64,000 nucleotides of DNA from Antechinus flavipes. Lineage: Eukaryota. The stretch covers positions 120,838,001 through 120,902,000 of the forward strand of contig NC_067399.1 of NCBI RefSeq assembly GCF_016432865.1, read 5' to 3'. Shown here one piece after another: positions 24,706 to 38,639 of this stretch. A program made the position numbers and the translations under genes. The notes under the pieces are model-generated. The model ran no database searches. It was not told the DNA's origin and saw only the letters and a list, made by a program, of their open reading frames with translations. The stretch's first letter is position 1. Every line of letters begins with the position of its first letter.

Positions 24706-26982
24706 ACATTAATCTATGTATAGATGGTAGAGTTCACTTATATTATATGTTGGTCATTATTGATATTCTTTCAGTTGCCTTTTATGGATCTTAATGAAGT
24801 TTGATTTTTTTATTTTGCTTTTTTTCCTTCTTCAGATGTTTTGTATGCCTACCCCATATCACATTCATAACTGTGTCACTTCTAGCATGAATATCTTTTC
24901 TATAATTTTGGCTATGTGTACCTTCCCAATTTTCTCTTTAGTGCAATTTAGTTCAACTCTTTAGTCCAATAAGCACATTTAAGACTGATGTTAATGTCTG
25001 AATGTGATGGTTCCATTGTCTTCTGAAAAATTGTTATCAATATTTTTATTTTATGAATTATCTTAATATTTCTGTTTGTTTTCTATTTTTGTACTTAAAT
25101 GACCTTGGGATGACTTTGAATAGTTAGATGGATATTTCATTAAGTTTTCTTTAAGATCTATTGTTGTTCTTTGGTTTAAGAAATAATTCTTCCATGTTTC
25201 TTTATAGAATTTTACAATTGAGTTAACCGTTTAACTTATTATTGCCTTTGGAAGCTTTCTCTGTCTGCTTGACAAGTATGATGGACATTCTGTCAAGGTG
25301 CTTTCTGGGCTGTTTTGATCTCCATGGTGAGGCATTTAATTTTCACTGGTTATAATGATGAATAAAATTATTTAAAACAGTATTGATGTCATTGATGTTG
25401 CCCTTGTTTTTTTTTGACTATCAATTAGTTGTTTCAATAATTTAGTAGCGAGTTGCTCTAATTATATGACATTTTTTGTGGTTCCTTGACTAAATAAATA
25501 TTTGTGTATAATCTTAGGCAAATCAATCAATCAATGATAGAATCAGAACTAGAGTCAAGGTTTTCCTAATGCCATGTTTATTCCCTTGCCCCTTACACCA
25601 TGGTGAGACTAAAAATGAAATGCTTCTCCAGTTATCAATTGGAATACATTGGCTCACAGTTACTAGTGCTTTGAGTCTCTGCAGACCACAGCTTTTTTCC
25701 TAACTTTCAGATTGTCAATTTTTCTTGGTGGAAAGTGGAATTAATCCTACATTTTAAAGACATGTGGTAGTGGAGAAGCAGGGCTTTGGCCTATAGCTAT
25801 TAGTTAAAATATGAATTTAATAATGATATATGGTCAATTGTTCTGACTGATTTTTCCCCTTCATTGGACAAAATTAGAGTACAAAGTTATGAACTTGTTG
25901 AACATTTGAAAGAATGTAGATTCTTTCTTTTGTTATGAGTTGACACTATATTAATATGTTGCTGGAGAGGGGAGAAGATATGTCGGGCATTAACAGCCCT
26001 ATCTGCCAACATTTCAGTTTCCTTGGTGGTTCAACATCATCTTAATGTGGAGCATCTACTGTAGCCATTCATATGCAAGACTGTAAATTCATAGAGATAA
26101 CATATTGGTAACATAGATAGAATATAGGGAAAATCAGATGAGAGAATTTTACAGAATCTGTATTAATAAGTAAGAAGTGATTAGTTGTGTTTCTAATAAA
26201 TAGCCTGTCCTTCTAGGTAGCAAATCAACTTTTTTTTGTCATTCAAATTACATTTAGTTGGAAGGGGGGAAACATCACAAATTGATTTTTATTAAATTTA
26301 GTATTCTCCTGGTTTTAATCTACTGGATGACCATATACTTGAGCATTGGTTTAAACCTAGAGGGAATGAGCTGCCTCTCTTTAATCACATACATGGCGTG
26401 TTATAAATGAAGTGGGGCTGGGGAAAAGCTGAGCAAAGGAAAATTCAGGCCAACAGCAAGGGAAAACTTCCTGGTCGTGGGATTAAAAAAATTACAAAGG
26501 TTGGAATGGTAAGAGTGTAAAAGTAGAGTTCAATGCCTGAAATACTTTAAAATGAAACTAAAAAAACATTATAAATTCCAGTTCCCTTAATGACTTACAA
26601 GCTACCAATAAGACATGATGGAGTCTGTCTTTTTTTCTTTTAACATGCAATTTATCTTAACATTAACAACCAGAGCACATGCAGTACTGATATAGTCTTT
26701 AAGAATTCTGCGTCATCTCCAGAAAATCCACTCTTGTCAAGTGCAGAGAGATTTTATCAATAGAATGTTGGCTACCATATGATGGTTTTTTTTTGTCTCA
26801 AAAAGTCATGAAGACTTTTTACTAAAGCATAGGAGGCATAAAGAAGCAGGGAGAACTTTGCCTCATACTTTCTAAAAAATTATGACCATCATAATCTCCC
26901 ACCCTTTGTCACTTCAACCTTTATCCTCACTCTTCCTGACCTCTCCTGTTTTGGGTTACAGTATTAGAAGATGAGGTGGCCT

Positions 26983-28570
26983 TTTTTTTTTTTATTTAAT
27001 GATTACTTTATAATGACAACATTATTCCTTGCACTCGTTTCTTTTCCGATTTTTCCCCCCTCCCTCCCTCCACCCCCTCCCCTAGATGGCAAGCAGTCCT
27101 TTATATGTTGGATATGTTGCAGTATATCCTAGATACAATATATGTTTGCAGAACCGAACAGTTCTCTTGTTGCATAGGGAGAATTGGATTCAGAAGGTAT
27201 AAATAACCCGGGAAGAAAAACTAAAATGCAGATAGTTCACATTTGTTTCCCAGTGTTCGTTCTTTGGGTGTAGCTGCTTATGTCCGTCATTTATCAATTG
27301 AAACTTAGTTAGGTCTCTTTGTCAAAGAAATCCACTTCCATCAAAATATGTCCTCATACAATATCGTTGTCGAAGTGTATAATGATCTCCTGGTTCTGCT
27401 CATTTCACTTAGCATCAGTTCATGTAAGTCTCGCCAGTCCTCTCTGTATTCATCCTGCTGGTCATTTCTTACAGAACAATAATATTCCATAACATTCATA
27501 TACCACAATTTACCCAGCCATTCTCCAATTGATGGGCATCCATTCATTTTCCAGTTTCTAGCCACTACAAATAGGGCTGCTACAAACATTTTGGCACATA
27601 CAGGTCCCTTTCCCTTCTTTAGTATTTCTTTGGGATATAAGCCCAATAGAAACACTGCTGGATCAAAGGGTATGCACAATTTGATAATTTTTTGGGCATA
27701 ATTCCAGATTGCTCTCCAGAATGGTTGGATTCGTTCACAACTCCACCAACAATGCATTAGTGTCCCAGTTTTCCCGCATCCCCTCCAACATTCATAATTA
27801 TTTTTTCCTGTCATCTTAGCCAATCTAACAGGTGTGTAGTGGTATCTCAGAGTTGTCTTAATTTGCATTTCTCTGATCAATAATGATTTGGAACACTCTT
27901 TCATATGAGTGGTAATAGTTTCAATTTCATCCTCTGAAAATTGTCTGTTCATATCCTTTGACCATTTATCAATTGGAGAATGGCTTGATTTCTTATAAAT
28001 TTGAGTCAGTTCTCTATATATTTTAGAAATGAGGCCTTTATCAGAACCTTTAACTGTGAAGATGTTTTCCCAGTTTGTTGCTTCCCTTCTAATCTTGTTT
28101 GCATTAGTTTTGTTTGTACAAAGGCTTTTTAATTTGATGTAATCAAAATTTTCTATTTTGTGATCAGTAATGGTCTCTAGTTCATCTTTGGTCACAAATT
28201 TCTTTCTCCTCCACAAGTCTGAGAGATAAACTATTCTATGTTCCTCTAATTTATTTATAATCTCGTTCTTTATGCCTAGGTCCTGGACCCATTTTGATCT
28301 TATCTTGGTATATGGTGTTAGGTGTGGGTCCATGCCTAATTTCTGCCATACTAATTTCCAATTATCCCAGCAGTTTTTATCAAATAATGAATTCTTTTCC
28401 CAGAAGTTAGGGGCTTTGGGTTTGTCAAACACTAGATTGCTATAGTTGACTATTCTGTCTTGTGAACCTAACCTTTTCCACTGATCCACTAATCTATTTC
28501 TTAGCCAATACCAAATGGTTTTGGTGACTGCTGCTTTATAATATAATTTTAGATCAGGTACAGCTAGGCC
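26983..28570 (-). mobile_element. Young 5'-truncated L1 (1.59 kb), uninterrupted ORF2 C-terminal frame, 10-bp TSD GAGGTGGCCT
   Basis: ORF-track 27341..28489 extends without stops to 28570 (GLAVPDLKLYYKAAVTKTIWYWLRNR...). Contains the Cys-rich CWRGCGKTGTLMHCWWSC motif. TSD at 26973-26982 and 28571-28580. Confidence 0.96.
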
Positions 28571-31383
28571 GAGGTGGCCTATTTTTTCATTAAAAGTATC
28601 TGTACTTACTCCCTTAATTTCTTTCCATGTCCTCCAGGAATTTCTCTTTCATTATCTCTCCTCCCCCACTTAATTCCGTATCCACCGCCTCTTTTCCTAC
28701 TGTTTAAAAATATATCCTTATTTTCCTCGTTTTTTAGGAGACTTCTGTTTGGTTCTACCAACCCCATGACTATGCCTTTATTTCTTTTTATAGGCAAACT
28801 TATGGGAAAAGTTGTTTATATTTTTGATTGTATTCTTTCACTCATTTATCAGTACCTAGAAATCCGGCTTCTGACCTCATCACTTTAAGCAGTCTTTTTC
28901 AAACATATCAATTTCTTAATTACTTAGTTCAATGGACTTTTATCAGCCTTTAACTTTATTGACCATTGTATATCATTAGACACTATTTGGCCATCCCTTT
29001 CCTTCATGATACTGTGTCCTCTGGATTTTTGTAACATGTTATCTCCTATTTCTTCTCTTATACACTTTAAAGTTTATAAAATGCTTTTATCATAACAAAT
29101 CTATGGATTGGCAGAGCAGTTACCATCATCTCCATTTTATAGATAGGAGATTGAGGCTCAAAGAGGTTACATAAATCAACCATGGTTATGTAACTAATAA
29201 ATGGCAAAGCTAGAATTCATAAACACATGGCCCAAATTCAAGCTTAAGCATTTTTTCTACTCTCTCCTGCTGCATTTTGAATTTTATTTTATTTTTGGTC
29301 TGAAACTGTGATTTCATCAGTGTGGAGAATATCCAATCCAATTCAATCCAACAAGCAGTTGCTGAACAATTGCTATAAGGTATTGTGCTAGATTCTGGGA
29401 ATACAAAGAGAGAACAAGAAAGCAATCCTTGTCCTTTAAGACCTTACATGTTATTGGGGGTGTACTAAAAGGAAACAAGCAAGAATATACAATTTAATCT
29501 AAGGAGAAAGGAATAAGCACCAACAACTAAGGGGATGAGGCAAAGTTTTCAGTGAGAGAGGATACAAGGTAGTAAATTCTGAATAAAGCTAGATTCTAAA
29601 GGGTAGAGAATAAAGAGAGTATATCTTGGCATGAAATCTTAGACTTGAAAGAGGCCTTTGAGATCATCCAGTTGAAAATTCTCACTTCCACAGAAGTTAT
29701 TACACAGGAGGTAAATGGCAAAGATTGAATTCAAATACAGGTCCTTTGATTCCAAAAACTACTGTTTCTTTGACTTTTGTGATGGGTATGATATAACTTA
29801 TTAACTTATCTTGATATCCTTAGGAACGTGTGCACAAATTACCCTTTGTATGCTCTACTTGCCTACCCTTTCATGCTCACAGAAAAGATATGACAGGACA
29901 GAAGTAGCTTTAGAGAAATTACAATGAAAAAATGCAAAAGATTGAGTGGGGTCAGGGACATTTCATTATAGTACTCTAATTTGAGAAGAGTCATGTTTTG
30001 CACAGAAAACTTATTCTTCATAATCACTACTTGGGTACCGTAAAGGACTTTGATATATCTGATATATATCAAGCTTTTCTCTCCATTACTCCAAACCAAA
30101 TCAAAGTCATGATGGAGGGAAGTCCAGAGAACAACTAAATTAATATAATTGTCAGAATTCAAGCTTTCCTGAGAACCATTTAAGAGTCAGTCTTTTTTAT
30201 CCCCTCAAGCCAGCAGCCTCTATGTTTCCTCCCCTTCTGAATCAAACTCCTAGAAATTAGTGTTCATACTCATTGCCTCTACTTTATCTCTTCTTGATTC
30301 TTACCTAGTCTTTAGTCATTGATTGGGCACAGCCTCAGACAAACAGATTTATGAGAAAGATCTTAATTTAGAAAGGACACTTCATCCTGGGCCATTGCCA
30401 GTTGTTTTCACTTTTGTCTTGCCATTGAACTTCTATGACTCTGGAGGAGAGAGTGAGACTAATGACATTGTGTAGCTTTATTTCATTTAAATCTAATTCA
30501 CACCCAAGTCAAGACAACTCAATTTGTCAATCAACAGCATTTATGAATTGTCTACTAAGGGGCAGGTATTGGGCTAGACACTAGGTTATAAGGACAAAAG
30601 TAAAACCAGTTTATCTGGAGCATTACAATAAATTTGTTTCCTTTTATGTGTATAATAACCTGCAAAAGAATGAAGAGAGGAATCATCTCCTCCTCTGAGT
30701 CTTCTCTTTCCTATGTTAACTACATCCATTTTCTTCTGCCCATCCATTGTTAAATGGAATGATTTTGAATTTTTCTTATCATTCTGGAAGCCTGCTTTGG
30801 ATATGCTCTTTCTTGACAATGTCCAGAATAAAATTTAATCATGGTTTGTTAGAAAGGGAACATGCCCTAAAGTCAGAGATTTTAGAGTCAAATCCCAGTT
30901 CTGCTCTTTCATAACAATGTAATCTTGAGTGAGTCCTTTTCTTCTCTAGGTAAGCCTCATTTTCTTCATATGGAAAATGAGGGGGTGGTGATGTCTAAGG
31001 TGGTTTCTACCTCTCCATTGTATGACTAGGACTAGAGATGATCTGACTGAGACAGAGTAACATGAGACTCTTATTTCCTATTATACAGATGCTGTTCCCA
31101 CTATTAATGTCATGTACATTGTATAAGCAATGATATCAATAATAACTAAGAAATAATAATTTTATTATAAATATTATTTTAATATCTATAAATATCATAA
31201 CACAACATTTATAACATAATATAATGCATTATTATTATATTATAATGTTATGTTATAAAATTTTTGATTATAATTCTCTAATAATTAATGATTATTATAT
31301 ATATTATGACAAGTAGCTATAATTATAAATGATTATTGACTTACTGACTAGTAGATCCATAATGGGCAAAGAAATGAAAGCTA

Positions 31384-31751
<368 letters not shown>

Positions 31752-32431
31752 CCAAACCCCTTTGGAAGCTTCTTGTTATGGGGATAAAGAACTGTTCCAG
31801 CAGATGAATGGTAACATGTCAGTCTACTCCTTATGGAAAAAGTCCTGGAATTAGTCAGTTCTAGGTCTAACTGCTCTCTGACATTTTTACTGCTTGGGAG
31901 ATCACAAACAAGTCATTTTATTTCTCTAATTTCCTCTTCTTACAAAATGGGAAAATAATATGAGTACTACATGTTTTCCACACAATAACACTTTTGTATG
32001 GAAAACACATTGTAAATCTTAAAGGGATATAGATAAAAACAATCTATACACAGAGATATTCCACCACTTGGAGATAGCAGGAGGCAAAAACCCCCAAAAC
32101 ATCCATTGTTTTTAGTTAAGTATTGTTGTTATTCAACAACAATAACAACTGATACTGGAATCAACTACCAGACCATGACCAATATAGCTCAAATGTATTA
32201 ATCTTAATAGAAATTACTGTGTCTAGGTGGTTCTCCATACAATCTAGGCTTTTCATATCACACTCAAAATAAGTGTAGCCTGTGGCTATTTTTACTATTT
32301 GCCACATTTACTTGATAATTTGATATTTACTGAGAAATGTTATCATGGTAAGAGTTCTGAGTTTCTTCTTACCAGATGTGTGATTTGGGGCAAATCATTT
32401 TCCTTTTCTGAGAAGGTTGAACTAAATAATC

Positions 32432-32838
32432 TGTAATGGGCTGAGGCTTGAGTTGATGCACTGAGGTCCCAAGCATGTGAGGCTGAATAGTAATTGGACC
32501 ATACTCTATTAATATATATGCTTGGAGAAAGGATGGCCCCCACCCACTCTTTGTGCAAGTTCTGATGTGTTGTATAGGAAATGACGTTTTTGGTGGGTGG
32601 AGGCAGGGGAGTGGAGAGGGAAGCGGAAGGAGAGACTGCTGGCTGGCGTCTTGACACAGCTGCTCACATTGCTATCACGACTGCCCTTCACCCCCAATTC
32701 CCCTCTATTAGCTGGCTTCCTGTCGCAACTGCTCATATTGCTATAGCAATCCTTCTTCACCTCTTCAATAAAGATTGAAGATTTTTCCCTTAACCTAAAT
32801 TCCTGACTCTGGCTGATTGTAAATACACGGTCATCACA
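32432..32838 (+). mobile_element. ERV solo LTR (407 bp) with 6-bp TSD ATAATC; same family as 16214-16629
   Basis: TGTAATG...CATCACA termini, TSD at 32426-32431 and 32839-32844, and AATAAA near the 3' end. The first ~190 bp closely match the LTR at 16214. Confidence 0.93.
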
Positions 32839-33800
32839 ATAATCTTTAATACCCCTTGTATCTTTATGATCTATTAGTTTGCTATGTCATCAGGAACTAA
32901 ATTATACTTGAATCAAATAATATAATCCTACAAACTGACCACTCAGCACTACAAGGGACCTCAGAGAAAATCTAGCTAGATTTAGAGAAAAAGAAACAGA
33001 GGTTCAGAGACGTCATACAGCTAATTTGTTGACACATCTAAGATTAGTTCATTGTTGTGATGACATCTGGTGCTTCTTTTATTATACTAGATATGTCTTG
33101 TAGTATAAAGGTAAGGGCTCAAATCTTGAGAATGTATAGCCATGCCTTTTGTAAGTATGCATTTAGAAAATTTAGTGAAAATCCAATTTACAGACCATGG
33201 AAAGTAGAGCTATGAAGAGGTCATATAGAGTCTCTAATCTTCTCAGATAAGAAAACTGAGGCCCACATTGATTAAGTGACTCGTCCTTAACCCAGATCCT
33301 TTATTTCCAAATTTAGTGCATTTTCTATTACTTTTTTGGGAAGCAAACTAAAACTGTTGATCTAATCAAGGTACAGTTATTTTCCCCCTAAACTTTCTTC
33401 TCATCTCAACCTATTATGCATTTAAATATTTTGTGACCATGCTTATCTTTAAAATTTTTTTAAATTGTATTTTATTATTCCAATTACATATAAAGATAGT
33501 TCTTAAGTTTCATTTTTTTTTCTTCCTCCCTTCTCTACTTCCCCTTTCTCCAAGATGGCAAGCAATCTGATATAGATTATAGAGCATGTTTATCCTTAGA
33601 GGACATACAATAAACTCCTTTCTACACATCTGCATAAAGTATCATAGAGAATTTTTCTGCACACACATGGCTTTTCAGAACCCCAAACTTTTGAGATCCT
33701 ATCATTCTAGGTCTTTTATTTACTGGTAAAATCTTATGAATCCCTCTGGAAAAGTCAACTTGTTATACAAGGATACCTGTGTGAAAAAGTTTATACTCAC

Positions 33801-33896
33801 CTCCATCCTCTTAATACCTCCAACTCCTCGACCGCCATAATAAGAAGCATCTACTGTTGGCCACTTTTTCTTAGGTAATCCATCCTCTTCTTCGTC
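33801..33896 (-). CDS. ANTXR1: ANTXR1 coding exon, human exon 15 equivalent: [32 protein letters not shown]
   Basis: 96 bp, phase 0-0, acceptor ...tctttttgcag, donor gtgagt. Lies inside ORF-track 33720..33902 and carries the anthrax-receptor family motif [24 protein letters not shown]. Confidence 0.98.
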
Positions 33897-36010
33897 CTGC
33901 AAAAAGACGAAGCTCTGAATTTTCTAGTGTTTGCTTGAGGAATTAAGGCAATATCTCTATGTGGGACAAAATGAAATAAGAAGGCAAGGGGCATCTATGT
34001 TTTATGGTGTGTGTAAAGTAAATTATTTACTATTTTTGTAAACTCCAATCATTTCTCTGTTTTAAGTAGAGCTATTGTGTTTTATGCCCATAAGTAAAAG
34101 ACAATATGCCTGAAGTCATCCAGATATGTTTGAATTTAAACACATATCTTGAATTTATTTTTAAAAAACTATTTATATTGCCTTTAGTTATTCTTAGCAA
34201 AGTATGTGGCAAGATGCTTTGCTGAAGAGGAAAAAAGCGATAGGGTATGCATAATGGAGCTTGTAAGAGACTAGGAAATGGATCTGCAGCTCCTGGCTGA
34301 TGATAGAGATGCATAAAGATGGGAATTGAACTCATTGAAACCAGCAAGGCACCAAGTGAGACAATGTAGAGGGAGAAGAGAAAGATTTGAGGTACATAAA
34401 TGCTGGAAGAGGAAAATGTCAGTCATTGGTGGCATGGGGGGGAAGTGAGGGAGAGAGTAAAATTAGTCAGTATACAAGTGGTGCATCAGTGAATTTTCTA
34501 AACATGATAGAGAGCAATTTGGTACAATACCCCAAAGCTCCTAAACTTTGTACACACTTTGACCAGCAGGGTTAAGTGATTTTCCCAGGGTCACAAGTTA
34601 ATAGAAGTCTGATATTATATTTGAATCTTTAAATCTTTCTGATTTCAGCCTCAGTGATCTATCCATTGCACCACTTAGCTGCCTACATAATCTTCATAAA
34701 AGATTGCTTTTACTGGGGTTGGCAGAATGGGAATTTCTGTATAGTTACAGTGATGCAAAAATAAAAAAAATAAAGAAGTACAAATGAAATATTTTAAAAT
34801 ATACTGAGGAAAGCAGAAGGCAGTTTGGAAGAGGACTCATTTTTTCAGGGCAGTTTGCCACTACTCTGAAATCTTAACATGTACTATAAGAAAAACTAAA
34901 TTATACATAAATGTTCTCATATTACATTTAATTTATATGGTTTATCTATCTAAATAGATAAATTTATATGTGAACATATTAAGATATTCAATATATTGTC
35001 AATGTTTCATATATGAGCATCATATAAACATATTAATACAACATGTTAATATATGTTAACATATTAATATATTTGATATGATAGTATGGCAATACACTAT
35101 CATAATATTCTAATATATCAACACATTATTTACTGTTTTATATGCATGCCCATATATGCTACTCATATTTCACATGTTAGTTTCATATGGACTGTACTCT
35201 TTTCTCCATATTTAAATGTTCATATTTGCTAGATTCCTAATAAAAAAAGATGTCCAGAAGGGAAGCACACTCGTAGTATGCATTCCCTTTTCTCTTTTCT
35301 CTTTCTTGAATCTAGGAGGGAGCTGCTTTTCCTTGGCCTTTAGCAATGAAAAAGGGCCCACTCAGTGCGTGCACAGAGGCTGAGAAGCCTCACAACAGGA
35401 AATGCCAGGATTTAAGAAATCTGCTTCTTAAGCTCTTAAAAAGTAGAGCCAGTCATCTGAGTCCCCTGATTCTGAGTGTGTCTGCCAAGGGGGAAGAACG
35501 AACAGAAAGGCAGCCCAGTAGCCCAGGATTGGATGGAGGAGAGAGTCACAAGCTGGCTCTCTTCAGCATGGTTTTGTTTACACAACTGAGGGCTGAAGGG
35601 TTTTGCAATTTTCACAAGTGAAAAATGCTCTTTGATGTCTTCCTTACAGTTGGCAAGAAATTAAGGTAATAGCCTGCAGCAACAAAAATATAGTCCATTA
35701 TAGAGGTCATTGATAAAAACAGCTGAACATAAGTGACTTTTTTCTTTTGATGAATGAAAACTCAAGAGAGGCAAGCAGACTAATAAAATAGAAAGAAAAT
35801 GGGAATTGGAATCAAGTGGAATTGGGTGTAATGCCCCACAGAGCTAATTGCTACCTATGTAGTATTAGGGAAAAGGCTGCATAAATCATTTCACTTCTCT
35901 GGGTTTCTCCATCTACAAAATAGGGAGCTGGAATCATTGATTTCTGAAGCCTCTTCTAGACCCAGAACTAACAGTCTACAAACTTGGATAAGCCACTTCC
36001 TTTCTTTGGC

Positions 36011-37801
36011 CCCACATTTTCTTCCTCTGTAAAATGAAGATCAGGTTGGATTAGATTATTTTTGAATCATGGAATATGTTCCTTACTGCACCTGTTGCCT
36101 GGTTCAAGGTATTTCATATAAAGTAGAAACTTGTAATAACATGCCTCATTAGAATAGATTCAAATACATCTTCAGCTAAATCACTTACTCTAAAATATCA
36201 TCAATGAAGCTGGATACACAGACATAATTAATATCTAATATATGTTAATATGGGGATTTGCAGTTCATAGTCACCTTCAGGAAAACTACAAACATTTTAT
36301 TAGGTATTTTACAGAAAAGTTGAACGATTTGATGTGGGAAATACCAGATGTTAGGTAGAAATTTTATCTAATTCGATGTAAATGTTCCAGATTTTTATTT
36401 TCTAACTCAGACTCTAATTAGGATTTTTTTTTCCATGTCAGTAGCAAAAGATATAGACTCAAGGAGTCTTGAGGGCAAGAACTGTTTAACTTTTGTATAT
36501 CTTTCCCTACTGATTTGTCAAACAGTCAATAAGTATTTGTTAATTACCTACTATGTGCCAGGCATTCTGTTAAGTGCCAGGGACAGAAAGAAATGCAAAA
36601 TCTTTGTCTTAACTCTCAATGAGCTGGCAGTAGTCTAATGATAGGTGAGACAACATGCAAAGAACTCTGTACAAACAAGATATACAGAATAAACTGGGGA
36701 TCAATAGAGAGAAGGCACTAATATTATGGCAGGGAGGAATTAGGAAAAGCTGATCTTAGAATTTGAGATTTTAGAAGAGTCTTGAAGGATTGGTGGTACA
36801 ATAGAAGTATTGAGTATAGAATCGGGAAGACTCATCCCAAGTTCAAATCAACCTAACTTCAAATCTGGACTCAAACACTTACTACCTGTATGACTCTAGG
36901 CAAGCCATGTAACTCTGTTTCCCACATTTTCTTCCTCTGTAAAATGAAGATCAGGTTGGATTAGATTATTTTTGAATCATGGAATATGTTCCTTACTGCA
37001 CCTGTTGCCTGGTTCAAGGTATTTCATATAAAGTAGAAACTTGTAATAACATGCCTCATTAGAATAGATTCAAATACATCTTCAGCTAAATCACTTACTC
37101 TAAAATATCATCAATGAAGCTGGATACACAGACATAATTAATATCTAATATATGTTAATATGGGGATTTGCAGTTCATAGTCACCTTCAGGAAAACTACA
37201 AACATTTTATTAGGTATTTTACAGAAAAGTTGAACGATTTGATGTGGGAAATACCAGATGTTAGGTAGAAATTTTATCTAATTCGATGTAAATGTTCCAG
37301 ATTTTTATTTTCTAACTCAGACTCTAATTAGGATTTTTTTTTCCATGTCAGTAGCAAAAGATATAGACTCAAGGAGTCTTGAGGGCAAGAACTGTTTAAC
37401 TTTTGTATATCTTTCCCTACTGATTTGTCAAACAGTCAATAAGTATTTGTTAATTACCTACTATGTGCCAGGCATTCTGTTAAGTGCCAGGGACAGAAAG
37501 AAATGCAAAATCTTTGTCTTAACTCTCAATGAGCTGGCAGTAGTCTAATGATAGGTGAGACAACATGCAAAGAACTCTGTACAAACAAGATATACAGAAT
37601 AAACTGGGGATCAATAGAGAGAAGGCACTAATATTATGGCAGGGAGGAATTAGGAAAAGCTGATCTTAGAATTTGAGATTTTAGAAGAGTCTTGAAGGAT
37701 TGGTGGTACAATAGAAGTATTGAGTATAGAATCGGGAAGACTCATCCCAAGTTCAAATCAACCTAACTTCAAATCTGGCAAGCCATGTAACTCTGTTTCC
37801 C
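36011..37801. repeat. Tandem duplication, period 910 bp (36011-36923 and 36921-37801)
   Basis: The copies look identical by eye (identical 67-aa ORFs at 36435 and 37345), except that copy 2 lacks the 32 bp at 36869-36900. The junction is CCC inside a SINE CORE. Confidence 0.96.
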
Positions 37802-38639
37802 TCAGTTTCCTCATCTGTAAAAATTAGCTGGAGAAGGAAATGAAAAATCACTCTGTTTTCTTTGCCAAGAAAACCCCAAATGGAGTTATGGAGAGCTGGA
37901 CATGATTGAGCAACAAAATAACTGAAAAAAAGTGAATTTCTAATTGTATAAGGATGTTAAATCTCTTATGAAACCTAACATTTCTGTGAAAGAGATTTTG
38001 GGAGGGGCTTTAGTGGATAAGTCAGATTTTTCCACTGAATCTGTGGCATAGATAGCAACCTCACAAGATCTCAATGTCCAAGGTTATCAGAAAATTTTTT
38101 TTTTTTACTGCAGGTATAAATATCTTATCATTCCCTGTGATTCTGTCATTATGGAATAAATCTGCCCTCTGGGATTTTGGTTTGTGGGAGGTCTTTCAAA
38201 ACAACTATCCATTTGATAGTCTGGAGTCCTGGCTTGTCAAACATTTTTAGATAATGATATTTAGTTTCTAAGAGGTGCCTATCAATACATTCCATGAAGC
38301 TTATTAATGTTTCCACCTGTCTTAAGGAGACAAATGAAGATGATTCATCTTCATTCTCATTTGAGAAATCTGAGGCTGAGAGACATAAAGTATCTCACCC
38401 AAGGCAACAGAAATCAGTCACTCAACAAGCATTTATTAAGTATGTCCTATTTATACTAAGTGTTAGGAACACAAAGAAAGGTACACCTGGGACTTGAACT
38501 CATGGTTCCAAACTTATATGTGTTCTTTTTTGGAATGCCTTCCAAGGTGCCATGTAAAATCAATTAAACCAAATGTATCTTTCATGCAAAAATAAAGACC
38601 TGTTTGTTCCAAGAAGCTGAAGAAATACTTTTCCATCAG

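Larger units (their letters stand above)
22950..25500 (-). mobile_element. Degraded RTE-clade LINE, split by an L1 and a WSINE1 insertion
   Basis: ORF-track fragments MLLFVDDIVLIASRPNTLQNLLK (YADD-type RT motif) and MTEMTLLSGLLIIIIKFG. The RT continues on the far side of the L1 (aattcacctgccattcacacagaaaagatcaag on minus). Confidence 0.7.

Noticed and set aside
27341-28489. 382-aa ORF as a host gene or autonomous element
   Set aside because: It is the C-terminal part of L1 ORF2 in a 5'-truncated copy with no promoter, ORF1, endonuclease or RT core. The listed start is an internal GTG.
28574-28888. GC-raised segment next to the young L1 as a transduction or processed pseudogene
   Set aside because: It lies outside the TSD (28571-28580), the ORFs match no protein I recognise, and it grades into L2-like sequence.
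31130-31340. Extremely AT-rich tracts (also about 34900-35200 and 48905-48975) as structured elements
   Set aside because: They look like decayed low-complexity TA repeats with no defined unit or long perfect arms.
36435-37548. Two identical 67-aa ORFs as a duplicated small gene
   Set aside because: They are identical only because they lie in the 910-bp tandem duplication. They overlap L2-derived sequence and show no homology or splice structure.
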